DNA of 20,403 nucleotides from assembly GCA_046758705.1 (NCBI GenBank), contig JBHIAT010000054.1:1-20403 (forward strand), read 5' to 3'. Origin of the DNA: Candidatus Bipolaricaulia bacterium. GTDB lineage: Bacteria; Bipolaricaulota; Bipolaricaulia; JBHIAT01. Positions 1 to 8,599 of this stretch are shown here, piece by piece. Under the pieces are notes generated by a model, which was not told the DNA's origin, did no database searches, and saw nothing but the letters and a program-made list of their open reading frames with translations. The translations under genes and the position numbers were made by a program. Each line of letters begins with the position of its first letter. Positions within the stretch are counted from its first letter, which is position 1.

Positions 1-15
1 GGACTCTTCGGGAGA

Positions 16-984
16 TCATTCCCTATCGAGAACCTCGGGATTCACCGGATAGTGGGGCCGATCACCGCGGAGCACCTCCACGATGCCCTCGGCGGCGTGG
101 GTCGCCATTCGGATGAGTGCCTCGCGGGTGTGGGAGGCCATGTGCGGGGTAACGACTACATTCTCCATCGCGAACAACGGGTTATCGGGCGAGGGAGGCT
201 CCGCCTCGTAGACATCGAGCGCCGCCCCGGCGATCGTCCTCTGCTGCAGCGTCCGGATCAACGCCCGCTCGTTGACGATCCCGCCCCGGGCAGCGTTGAT
301 CAGGTAAGCCGTCGGCCTCATCCTCCCCAGCTCACGCTCGCCGATCAACCCGCGTGTCTCCTGGGTCAGTGGGGAGTGGATTGAGATGAAGTCGCTGCTT
401 TGCAGTAAGGCGTTGAGGTCGTCGGTTAGTGTGATCGATTCTGGAACCCGATCCGGGGTGAGATACGGATCGTAACCGAGCACGGTCATGTTGAAACCAT
501 GGACCGCTTTGCGGGCGACCGCCGATCCGATCCGTCCCATACCGATGATCCCCAGAGTCTTCCCGGAGAGGTCGATCCCGATATAGGTGTGGCGCACCTC
601 AAACCGATCGGCACGCAGTGCCCGATCGGCCTTCAGAAGATTCTTGGCAAGCGCGAGCATCAGGCCGACGACGTGCTCGGCGACCGATTCGGCGTTCGCT
701 TCGGGGGTGTTCACCACCACGATCCCATGTTCCGTCGCCGCTCGCATATCGACATTGTCCATCCCAACGCCGTGGCGGGCGATGACCTTCAGCCGACTTC
801 CCGCTTCGATTACCTGGCGGGTGATCGGGGCGGTGCGCACCAGGATCGCGTCGCAGCCCTCGACCTGCTCCAGCAGAGATTTCTTGGTGGGCTCAGGCAG
901 CAGAACGACCTTAAGTCCCGCACTCTGCAACAGGTCGATCCCGGCCCGGTCGATCGACTGGACGATCAGCGCCTTCCTGTTCAT
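16..984 (-). CDS. D-isomer-specific 2-hydroxyacid dehydrogenase (phosphoglycerate dehydrogenase-like, no ACT domain)
   Basis: 322 aa with family motifs RHGVGMDNVD, GMGRIG (Rossmann), INAARG, DVYEAEP and TPHMAS. Too short for the ASB/ACT regulatory domains of full-length SerA, so the substrate is uncertain. Confidence 0.9.
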   Translation of the reverse strand: MNRKALIVQSIDRAGIDLLQSAGLKVVLLPEPTKKSLLEQVEGCDAILVRTAPITRQVIEAGSRLKVIARHGVGMDNVDMRAATEHGIVVVNTPEANAESVAEHVVGLMLALAKNLLKADRALRADRFEVRHTYIGIDLSGKTLGIIGMGRIGSAVARKAVHGFNMTVLGYDPYLTPDRVPESITLTDDLNALLQSSDFISIHSPLTQETRGLIGERELGRMRPTAYLINAARGGIVNERALIRTLQQRTIAGAALDVYEAEPPSPDNPLFAMENVVVTPHMASHTREALIRMATHAAEGIVEVLRGDRPHYPVNPEVLDRE

Positions 985-986
985 GG

Positions 987-1781
987 CTAATCTTGCTCCA
1001 CGACCCAGGTATGGTCAGGATCTTCGTAGATCTGCATCACCCGCTCCGGCCCGACGAGCGACCACAGGTAGTAGAGGGTGTAGCCAGGTGCGGCGACGGT
1101 CGGATGATAGCCTCGCGGAAATAGGATCGTGTCATTGTTCTCGACCATGTAGGCCTCGTCCAGATCGCCATCCTGGGTATAAACGCCCTGGAAACCAAAG
1201 CCATGTTCCGGCTTCACCTTGTAGAAGTAAAACTCCTCCAGTTTCACCTCTTGGGGCGGGCGGTGCTCATCATGCTTGTGCGGCGGGAAACTCGACCATT
1301 TGCCTGGTTGGTTGAATGTCTCCGCCACCAGCAGCCGCTCGGCGTCGACGTTGTCGGTCATGATGAAATGGACATCCCGTTCCCAGCTCTCCCGGCCCCG
1401 ATGCGACACCTGAACATCCTCAGGGCGCACTAACGTCGCAGGCCCTCCGGTCTCGGCGGGCGCGGTGATCACGGCGATCTCGACCGGGTCGTTGGTGACG
1501 ATCTCGTACGGACGCCCAGGCGGCAGATACAGTCCAGTTGCCGGCCTGGAGAAGACATCCTCCCGGTTGAGGTCGCGCCAGCGGTCCTCATTCGAGATGA
1601 TATCGCAGTTCCCTGACAGCACGATCAGAGCCGTCTCCCGATTCGGCTCCGCCTCCTGGTTCCATCGCCCCCCCGCCTCGAGCCTTACCACGCCGAAGCG
1701 AAGCAGCTCGATGCCTTGGGTCGGCCGATCGACGATCGGGGTGTAGCCGATTGAAAACCGCTTTCGGATCCTCAGGCTCAC
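987..1781 (-). CDS. iolB: 5-deoxy-glucuronate isomerase (IolB/KduI cupin family)
   Basis: Motifs GKWSSFPPHKHD, LEEFYFY, GYHP and APGYTLYYLW. The GTG start overlaps the iolG stop by 4 nt. Confidence 0.92.
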   Translation of the reverse strand: MSLRIRKRFSIGYTPIVDRPTQGIELLRFGVVRLEAGGRWNQEAEPNRETALIVLSGNCDIISNEDRWRDLNREDVFSRPATGLYLPPGRPYEIVTNDPVEIAVITAPAETGGPATLVRPEDVQVSHRGRESWERDVHFIMTDNVDAERLLVAETFNQPGKWSSFPPHKHDEHRPPQEVKLEEFYFYKVKPEHGFGFQGVYTQDGDLDEAYMVENNDTILFPRGYHPTVAAPGYTLYYLWSLVGPERVMQIYEDPDHTWVVEQD

Positions 1782-2818
1782 TGGGAATCACCCCTAACGA
1801 TGGGCAGTTCGACCACCCGCCTCTCCTCGAACGATCGGATGGCGGCAAGTCCGATCTCCAAAGCAGCACGGCTATCCTCACCGATCACGGACGGCGTCCG
1901 ATCATCTCGGACACAGGCCACGAAATGTTTGAGTTCTTCCAGGTAGGCATCTCCAAACCGCTCGATGATATAGGGAACGGCATCGTGGGTCACGCCACCT
2001 TGGTTGAGGACGAGCAACGGAGTTTGCTGCAGGCCGCCGATCATCAGTGCCCCTTCATCGCCGAGCACCTCGGTGCGGATGTCGTACCCGTAGACGGCGT
2101 TGCGGCTCACCTCGACGTTACCAATCGCGCCGCTCGCAAACCGCAGGTTGATGACGGCGTTGTCGATGTCTCCGACCTGAGCGATCTCGTCGCAGACGAG
2201 CAGGTTGCCCTCGGCGTGAACCCGGGTGACCTCGCTTTCCATCAGCCAGCGTGCCAGGTCAAAGTCGTGGATGCCCATGTCAATCAAGAGGCCGCCGCTG
2301 ACCTGGGGGTCGGCGTAATCGACTCGGGGGCACATCGGGTCCCGGCCGATCGCCTTAAAGCTGATTGGGGTCCCGATGACCCCGGCTTCGATCTTCTGCT
2401 TGGCCTGATGGTAGGCCGAGTCAAACCGCCTCATGAACCCTACCTGAAGCTTGACCCCGGCGCGATGTGCCGCCTCCAGAGCGCGGTCTGTCTCCTCCAG
2501 AGTGAGGGCGACCGGTTTCTCGCAGAAGATATCGATCCCCGCCTGAGCAGCGTCCTCGATGATCTCCACATGGGTGTCCGTCGATGTGGCGACTACGAGC
2601 GCGTTCAGTGAACTGGCTTCCGCTTCCAGGAGTTCCCGATGGTCCGAATACCAGCGATCGACACCATATTGGGCGGCGATCGTCTCGGCGATCCCGGCCC
2701 GAACGTCGACCACCGCCGCCAGCCGTGCCTCCGGGATGTGTGTAGCCAGATGCCTGACATAGATGCTTCCCATCCGCCCCAACCCGATCAGACCGATATC
2801 GATTCGCTCCTCTGCCAT
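1778..2818 (-). CDS. iolG: Inositol 2-dehydrogenase (Gfo/Idh/MocA family)
   Basis: GLGRMG, CEKP, GFMRRFD, GGLLIDMGIHDFD and YGYDIRTEVLG motifs typical of the IolG subgroup. GAGGAGG RBS upstream; adjacent to iolB. Confidence 0.85.
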   Translation of the reverse strand: MAEERIDIGLIGLGRMGSIYVRHLATHIPEARLAAVVDVRAGIAETIAAQYGVDRWYSDHRELLEAEASSLNALVVATSTDTHVEIIEDAAQAGIDIFCEKPVALTLEETDRALEAAHRAGVKLQVGFMRRFDSAYHQAKQKIEAGVIGTPISFKAIGRDPMCPRVDYADPQVSGGLLIDMGIHDFDLARWLMESEVTRVHAEGNLLVCDEIAQVGDIDNAVINLRFASGAIGNVEVSRNAVYGYDIRTEVLGDEGALMIGGLQQTPLLVLNQGGVTHDAVPYIIERFGDAYLEELKHFVACVRDDRTPSVIGEDSRAALEIGLAAIRSFEERRVVELPIVRGDSQ

Positions 2819-2828
2819 CTCGACCTCC

Positions 2829-3584
2829 TCAGCGGAACAGATCCTGCTCCGGCTCCATCAGGATATCTCGAAACGAGCCCTCCTCGGCTTCATATGAAAA
2901 GCCCTGGATCAGCGCCAACGGGATCCCCTCGTCGCACTGTCCCATGACCAGTGTCACGGCGGCGCACAGCTCATCGGCGATCGCTTCGATGGTGGTCGTC
3001 ATCGTATAGTCGAACAGATCATGACTGCCGCCGAGGTGAAGCAACGGAGCCATCCCGGCGATCCCGACGCAGGTTCCGATCGCTCCGACCCGGAACGCCC
3101 GTCCGTGGGTGTCGGCAATGATCACGGCGATCTCCCGGCCGAGTTCGCGGGCGACGGCTTTCCGGATCTGGTTCGCCGTTCGATCCGGATCGGCCGGCAG
3201 CAGGACGACCCGATCCAGAGATCCGGAGTTGGAGCGATCGACCCCGGCGTTGGCACAGATGAACCCCAGGCGGTGCTCGGTGATGATATGTTCCCCTACC
3301 ACCCGGATCAGCGCCCGCGACTCCCTCAGGATCACTTCAACGAGCCGCGGGTCCTTGCCGGTCGTCTCAGCGATCTCCCGCGCCCGGGGACCGACCTCAA
3401 CCGAGTTCAGGTCGACCGTCTGTCCCTCAGCTTTGGAGATGATCTTGTGGGCAATGACCAGGATATCTCCATCCTGTAGGTGCGGGGTGGGCGAGGCTTG
3501 TTGTAGGCAGTTGATGATCTCCTGCTCCAGATTGCAGCGCCCCTCGATAATTGGGAAACCTTCTATGCCTAAGATACGGATCAT
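2829..3584 (-). CDS. cofE: Coenzyme F420-0:L-glutamate ligase (stand-alone, no nitroreductase domain)
   Basis: 251 aa with HKIISKAEG, ICANAGVDRSN, LLPADPD, DTHGRAFR and AIADEL motifs characteristic of CofE. Start overlaps the npdG stop by 4 nt. Confidence 0.9.
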   Translation of the reverse strand: MIRILGIEGFPIIEGRCNLEQEIINCLQQASPTPHLQDGDILVIAHKIISKAEGQTVDLNSVEVGPRAREIAETTGKDPRLVEVILRESRALIRVVGEHIITEHRLGFICANAGVDRSNSGSLDRVVLLPADPDRTANQIRKAVARELGREIAVIIADTHGRAFRVGAIGTCVGIAGMAPLLHLGGSHDLFDYTMTTTIEAIADELCAAVTLVMGQCDEGIPLALIQGFSYEAEEGSFRDILMEPEQDLFR

Positions 3585-4246
3585 ATTCCGGTTAGTCGGA
3601 TGTCAATCGCTCGCCGTTTGTACCTGAAGTTCAGCCCCATCAGCAAGGCGGTCAGTTCCTCGAGGATCCTTGCGTGCTCCAGCGGTCCGGCGTCGAACGC
3701 CCGGGCTCCGATCCGCTCGATGAGCCGGATCACCTCCGCCTTGGCCGAGTCATCATCTCCGCAGACGAGCACATCGGATGCGAGCTCATGGTCAATCGCG
3801 GCCAACGCTGGGGCAGGGGTCATCTTGAACGCACCGACGACCTTGACCGCTTCTCCCAGGATGTGTTGCACCTCCTCGGCTGCCGAATTCCCGTTCGGAA
3901 ACTCCAGTCGGGGCGGCTTATAGCTCACCAGCGGGACGGTCACATCGACGAAGATTTTTCCCTGAAGGTCGACTCGGATGTCGGGAAGCAGGGAACGATG
4001 GGCGGGATAAGGGACGGTCATGAAAATCACTTCCCCCTGCTGTGCTGCCACTTCGTTGGTGCGGGCGACGACTCGATTTGCTTCCTGAACGCCCAATTCC
4101 TGAAGGATTTGGGTGACTTGGTTTACGGCCCGCCCTGCCTTATCAAGCTGGCGGGACCCGATCAGCACATCGATTCCGGCCTTGGCGAACCGTAGCGCTA
4201 AGCCCGGTCCTTGATGGCCGGTCCCGCCCAGGATCGCGATCTGCAT
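3581..4246 (-). CDS. npdG: NADPH-dependent F420 reductase (F420H2:NADP+ oxidoreductase)
   Basis: 221 aa with ILGGTGHQGPGLA, IGSR, DVTVPL, SAAE, VVGAF, DVLVCGDD and DAGPL motifs. GGAGG RBS; immediately upstream of cofE. Confidence 0.9.
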   Translation of the reverse strand: MQIAILGGTGHQGPGLALRFAKAGIDVLIGSRQLDKAGRAVNQVTQILQELGVQEANRVVARTNEVAAQQGEVIFMTVPYPAHRSLLPDIRVDLQGKIFVDVTVPLVSYKPPRLEFPNGNSAAEEVQHILGEAVKVVGAFKMTPAPALAAIDHELASDVLVCGDDDSAKAEVIRLIERIGARAFDAGPLEHARILEELTALLMGLNFRYKRRAIDIRLTGI

Positions 4247-4279
4247 CGGTTCTCCTCCCGTTGAGATAAAGGCGACCTT

Positions 4280-4308
4280 ATATTACACACTCGCTCAACC
4301 GGCTGCAA
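4280..4308 (-). promoter_or_regulatory. Putative sigma70-type promoter of the npdG-cofE-iolG-iolB operon
   Basis: The minus strand reads TTGCAG-N17-TAATAT, with the -10 element 33 nt upstream of the npdG ATG. Confidence 0.6.
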
Positions 4309-4326
4309 CACGAACACGGCATACAT

Positions 4327-5259
4327 CTATCTGTGGTGCGGAACAATCGGGGGTGAAGGCGTAGATTGACGCTTTCTCCAGTTCGTGAGTCCAATACCTC
4401 CCAGCACGAGTGCAAATCCCAATACGAAGCGAACCGTTACCGTTTCTCCGAGGAGAAGCACAGCCAGTATAGTGGCCGTCAGCGGGTTGAGATTCACAAA
4501 TACCGCAACCCGGGTTGGGGTTGATCTCTCAAGCGCATATGCCCAAAGGTAAAAACCTAAGACACCGCCCAATAGGCCCAAGTAGAGCACAGCCAGCCAA
4601 CCGGAGAAGTTGAACGTAGGAAGTTGTTGAAATAAACCTTCCGTAGCGGCGAAAGGCAAAAGGAAAATAGTTCCGAAAAGCATGGAGTACCCGGTGAGCG
4701 TCAGTGCTGAATACTTGCGGAAATAGGGTCGGGAGAACGTATTGTAAACCGCTCCACAGAGTGAGGTGATCAGTATAAATAGATCGCCAAACCAGATTTG
4801 ATTCGATATCGTCTGTCCTAACATTTTTTCTCCAATAACCGTTGCCACGCCGATAAGCGTCAGGAAGACCCCGATTGTTTTTAGCCAGGTTATCGTCTCA
4901 AAACGGAAGACCGTGCTGAGGAGTAGCGTTAGAAGCGGGATAGTGGCTAATATCAGCGCCCCGCGCGACGCAAGCGTGTGCTTGAGCCCCGTATTGAATG
5001 TAAACGGGAAGATTCCAAAGAAGATGATGCCGAGCACAGCCACTGGAAGAAGATCTGAGCGGTTGATGCGGTGATGTCTCGTAAGTACCAGTATCGGGAA
5101 GATAAAGGAGGTCGCGAGGAAATAACGCAGAAATGCAAGCGTAAAGGGGTTGGTCTGTACGATCACAAACCGGGTTGCAACCACCGAAACGCCAAAGAAT
5201 ACGCTCGCGCAAGCTGCCGCAACATTCGACCAGAAAAATGGTGAGCGGATCATTATCAT
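4327..5259 (-). CDS. DMT superfamily (EamA-type) transporter
   Basis: 310 aa with about 10 hydrophobic segments in two repeats; LAFLRY, GDL, LYLG and LLLGE motifs. Visibly more AT-rich than its neighbours. Confidence 0.9.
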   Translation of the reverse strand: MIMIRSPFFWSNVAAACASVFFGVSVVATRFVIVQTNPFTLAFLRYFLATSFIFPILVLTRHHRINRSDLLPVAVLGIIFFGIFPFTFNTGLKHTLASRGALILATIPLLTLLLSTVFRFETITWLKTIGVFLTLIGVATVIGEKMLGQTISNQIWFGDLFILITSLCGAVYNTFSRPYFRKYSALTLTGYSMLFGTIFLLPFAATEGLFQQLPTFNFSGWLAVLYLGLLGGVLGFYLWAYALERSTPTRVAVFVNLNPLTATILAVLLLGETVTVRFVLGFALVLGGIGLTNWRKRQSTPSPPIVPHHR

Positions 5260-5335
5260 TTAGATTCTTAGACGGGTTTCCAATGCAAAAAGGATATGCT
5301 TAGCTCACGCGATATGCAAGTTTTTAGCAAACCTT

Positions 5336-5365
5336 TTGACATTTCGGCGCTGCTCCACCTATAAT
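5336..5365 (+). promoter_or_regulatory. sigma70-type promoter of the homocitrate synthase cluster
   Basis: TTGACA (5336-5341)-N18-TATAAT (5360-5365), then a GGAGGAG RBS and the ATG at 5418. Confidence 0.75.
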
Positions 5366-5417
5366 GACCTCCACGCTGTTTCATAACGATGCGGTGTTGG
5401 GAGGAGTTAAATCGAGT

Positions 5418-6833
5418 ATGAACGAGCACAAACCGGGACGAACCATCGAGATTCTCGATACGACGTTGCGGGAGGGGGAGCAGACCGCGAACGTCTCGTT
5501 CTCCGTTGACGAGAAGCTGGAGATCGCCCGACGGCTCGATGAGTTCGGTGTGGACATCATCGAGGCCGGCCATCCGGTCGTCTCCCCGGACGTGCGGGAA
5601 GCGGTCGAGCGGATCGCTCACGAGGGGTTCAGAGCTCAAGTTTTAGCCCACGCCCGAGCGATGCGTTCTGACATCGACGACGCGCTGACGGCTGGGACCG
5701 TGTGGGTTGGGATCTTTCTTGGGACCTCGCCGCTTAGTCTGGAGCATAAGCTCCACATCAGTCGGGAGGTGGCCCTGGAGAAGATCGTTGACAGCATCTG
5801 CTACGCTAAAGATCACGGTCTCAAAGTCCGGTTCACTCCCGAGGACGCCACCCGGACCGAGCTCGACTACCTGCTGGAAGTCGTGGGGCGGGCGGAGGAG
5901 GCGGGTGCGGATCGCATCAGCATCGCCGACACCGTCGGGACGATGCACCCGACGGCGATGAGGGTGCTTGTCGATCAGGTCGTCTCACAGCTGTCGGTGC
6001 CGGTCCACGTCCACTGTCACAACGATTACGGCATGGCGGTCGCTAACTCACTGGCCGGCTACGAGGCCGGTGCCCGGCTGATCGACGTCACCGTCAACGG
6101 GCTCGGTGAGCGGACCGGCTTGGCGTCGCTGGCCGAAGTGATCATCGCGCTCAAGATGCTGTATCACGTCGAGAACGATTGGGCGCTGGAGATGCTGCCT
6201 GAGCTCTCTCACCTCGTCGAAAAGTACTCGGGGGTGTTCAACAGTGATCTGGCACCAATCGTCGGGATGAGCGCGTTCTCCCACAAGGCCGGACTTCACA
6301 CCCGGGCGGTCCTCGAGGACCCAAGGACCTACGAGGCGATCCCACCTGAGATCGTGAAGCGGCATCGCCAGATCATCATCGACAAGTACACCGGTCGGGA
6401 CACGGTGCGGGCCAGGCTGGAGGAGATGGGGATCAAGCCGACCGCAGCCCAGCTTGAAGAGATCGTCAGCCGAATCAAAGAAAAACCGGTGAAACGACAC
6501 TTCACTGATATCGACCTCCTGGAGATCGCCGACGACGTTCTGGAACTCGATGTGCGTCGTCGGGTCCCGATCAAAATCGAGGCGATCGTCGCTATGGCGT
6601 TGAGCAGCGTTTCCTACACGACACGAATCACCCGACGGGTGATGGCGTTCGACGAAGTGGATCAGGTCTATGAGATCGCGGGGGAGTATGACCTGATTGC
6701 TCACGTCACCGCCGATTCGATTCAGGATCTCAACGACATCATCGAGGAGTTGCGCACCACAGAAGGGGTGAACAAGACGACCACGAGCCTGATCTTGAAG
6801 GGATATGAGTACACGCAGCAAGACATTGGTTGA
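5418..6833 (+). CDS. Homocitrate synthase (DRE-TIM family) with C-terminal Lrp/AsnC ligand-binding (RAM) domain
   Basis: DTTLREGEQ (REGEQ is typical of homocitrate synthases; IPMS usually has RDGEQ), IADTVG, HCHNDYG, GLGERTG and AFSHKAGLH. The C-terminus (EVDQVYEIAGEYDLIAHV...GVNKTTTSLIL) matches the Lrp/AsnC effector domain. Start placed at ATG 5418 because of the RBS and because 5364 lies inside the -10 box. Confidence 0.78.
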   Translation: MNEHKPGRTIEILDTTLREGEQTANVSFSVDEKLEIARRLDEFGVDIIEAGHPVVSPDVREAVERIAHEGFRAQVLAHARAMRSDIDDALTAGTVWVGIFLGTSPLSLEHKLHISREVALEKIVDSICYAKDHGLKVRFTPEDATRTELDYLLEVVGRAEEAGADRISIADTVGTMHPTAMRVLVDQVVSQLSVPVHVHCHNDYGMAVANSLAGYEAGARLIDVTVNGLGERTGLASLAEVIIALKMLYHVENDWALEMLPELSHLVEKYSGVFNSDLAPIVGMSAFSHKAGLHTRAVLEDPRTYEAIPPEIVKRHRQIIIDKYTGRDTVRARLEEMGIKPTAAQLEEIVSRIKEKPVKRHFTDIDLLEIADDVLELDVRRRVPIKIEAIVAMALSSVSYTTRITRRVMAFDEVDQVYEIAGEYDLIAHVTADSIQDLNDIIEELRTTEGVNKTTTSLILKGYEYTQQDIG

Positions 6834-8070
6834 AAAGATCTTCTCGGAGAAGCTGGGGCGGGACGTTCGCGCCGGGGAGTCGGTGTTGGCCGAGGTCGAC
6901 CTGATCATGTCTCATGACACGACCACGCCGCTGGCGATCGAGTCGTTCAAGAAGTTAAAAAAGGTAACCGACGGAAAACTCCATACCGACAAGATGGTGA
7001 TCGTCTTCGACCACGTCGTCCCCGCTCCCAATCCCAACGCGGCGACGTTGCACCGGCGAATCTGGGAGTTCATCGAGCAGAATGGGATCCGGAACGTCCA
7101 TTACGGGGAGGGGATCTCCCATCAGATCCTCCCTGAGAAGGGATATGTGGTCCCGGGTGCGCTGATCGTCGGGGCCGATTCTCATACCTGTACCTACGGT
7201 GCATTTGCCGCGCTTGGAGTGGGGATGGGCTCAACCGATATCGCCGTCGCCTGGGCGACCGGAGGAAACTGGTTCCGGGTTCCCGAGACAATCCGGGTTG
7301 AGATCTCCGGGGCGCTTCCCGACAACGTCTACACTAAGGATCTCACCCTGGAGATCGTGAAACAGATCGGGATTCAGGGAGCCATCTACAAAGCGATCGA
7401 GTACGAGGGGGAGGCGGTCGAACGCATGACGATCGCCGATCGGATGACGCTGGCGAACATGGCGGTCGAGATGGGGGCAAAGGCCGGCCTGATCGCCGCT
7501 GATCAGGTCACCTTGGATTACCTGAACGGGCGGACGAAACAGCCGATCCGTAAACTACACCCTGACGACGGCGCTGAGTACGAACGGGTCTATCACATCG
7601 ATGCCGGCCGACTAAAGCCGAAGATCGCTGTCCCCCATGAGGTGGAGAACGTGAGGGATGTTGAGGAGGTTGCCGGTCTCAAACTCGATCAGATCTTCAT
7701 CGGAACCTGTACCAACGGACGGTTGGAGGACCTTGAGGTCGCTTACAGGATTTTGCAGGGCCAACGGATCGCAGATGGGGTGCGGCTGATCATCACTCCG
7801 GGCTCGAACGAGGTTTACAAGGAGGCGATGCGCCGAGGTTACATCGAGGCATTCATCGACGCCGGGGCGACCGTCACCAACGCCGGTTGTGGTCCGTGCA
7901 TCGGCCGACATCAAGGGGTGCTGGCCGACGGGGAGCGATGTCTGGCGACGATGAACCGGAACTTCCAGGGGCGGATGGGCTCCCCAAACTCAGAGATCTA
8001 TTTGGCCAGCCCGGCGACCGCGGTGACATCGGCGCTGGCCGGCGTGATCACCGCCCCGACAGTCTCCTGA
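6805..8070 (+). CDS. Homoaconitase / 3-isopropylmalate dehydratase large subunit (LeuC/HacA/LysT type)
   Basis: SHD, FDH, GISHQ, GADSHTCTYGA, FIGTCTNGR, CGPCIG (Fe-S ligands), NRNFQGRMG and YLASP. About 420 aa, the short archaeal-type length. Confidence 0.9.
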   Translation: MSTRSKTLVEKIFSEKLGRDVRAGESVLAEVDLIMSHDTTTPLAIESFKKLKKVTDGKLHTDKMVIVFDHVVPAPNPNAATLHRRIWEFIEQNGIRNVHYGEGISHQILPEKGYVVPGALIVGADSHTCTYGAFAALGVGMGSTDIAVAWATGGNWFRVPETIRVEISGALPDNVYTKDLTLEIVKQIGIQGAIYKAIEYEGEAVERMTIADRMTLANMAVEMGAKAGLIAADQVTLDYLNGRTKQPIRKLHPDDGAEYERVYHIDAGRLKPKIAVPHEVENVRDVEEVAGLKLDQIFIGTCTNGRLEDLEVAYRILQGQRIADGVRLIITPGSNEVYKEAMRRGYIEAFIDAGATVTNAGCGPCIGRHQGVLADGERCLATMNRNFQGRMGSPNSEIYLASPATAVTSALAGVITAPTVS

Positions 8071-8080
8071 GAGGGATGAG

Positions 8081-8599
8081 ATGTCCAAGACAAAGGTGAA
8101 ACAGACCGGTCGCGCCTGGGTTTTTGGCGACAACATCAACACCGACCTGATCACCCCCGGCCGATACAACCTGAGCACCAATCCGGAGGAACTCGCCCGC
8201 TACTGCTTCTGTGAGGTACGCCCCGAGTTTCCTGAACAGGTACAGTCAGGGGATTTCGTCGTGGCCGGGGAGAACTTCGGCTCCGGTTCGAGTCGGGAGA
8301 CGGCGCCGTTGGCGATCCAGGCTGCCGGCGTGAGCGCGGTGATCGCTCGGTCGTTCGCCCGGATCTTCTACCGCAACGCGATCAACATCGGCCTGCCCCT
8401 ACTCATTGCCCCCACCGATGGCATCGAGGACGGCGATGAGCTGGAGGTTGAACTCAGCCAAGGGATCATCATCGATCGCACTCATGAGCACCGTATTCAA
8501 GGTCAAGGGTTTTCCCAATCTCTCATGCGAATTGTGGCAGCAGGTGGGATCATCAACTACCTCAACCAATACAAGCGGTTGGACCTGACGAGCACTTAA
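8081..8599 (+). CDS. Homoaconitase / 3-isopropylmalate dehydratase small subunit (LeuD/HacB/LysU type)
   Basis: [39 protein letters not shown] and GGII motifs. Stop overlaps the convergent gene's stop (TTAA, 8596-8599). Confidence 0.9.
   Translation: MSKTKVKQTGRAWVFGDNINTDLITPGRYNLSTNPEELARYCFCEVRPEFPEQVQSGDFVVAGENFGSGSSRETAPLAIQAAGVSAVIARSFARIFYRNAINIGLPLLIAPTDGIEDGDELEVELSQGIIIDRTHEHRIQGQGFSQSLMRIVAAGGIINYLNQYKRLDLTST

Noticed and set aside
5364..5417. N-terminal extension of homocitrate synthase or a leader peptide
   Set aside because: The ATG at 5364 lies within the -10 box, and a strong RBS precedes ATG 5418.
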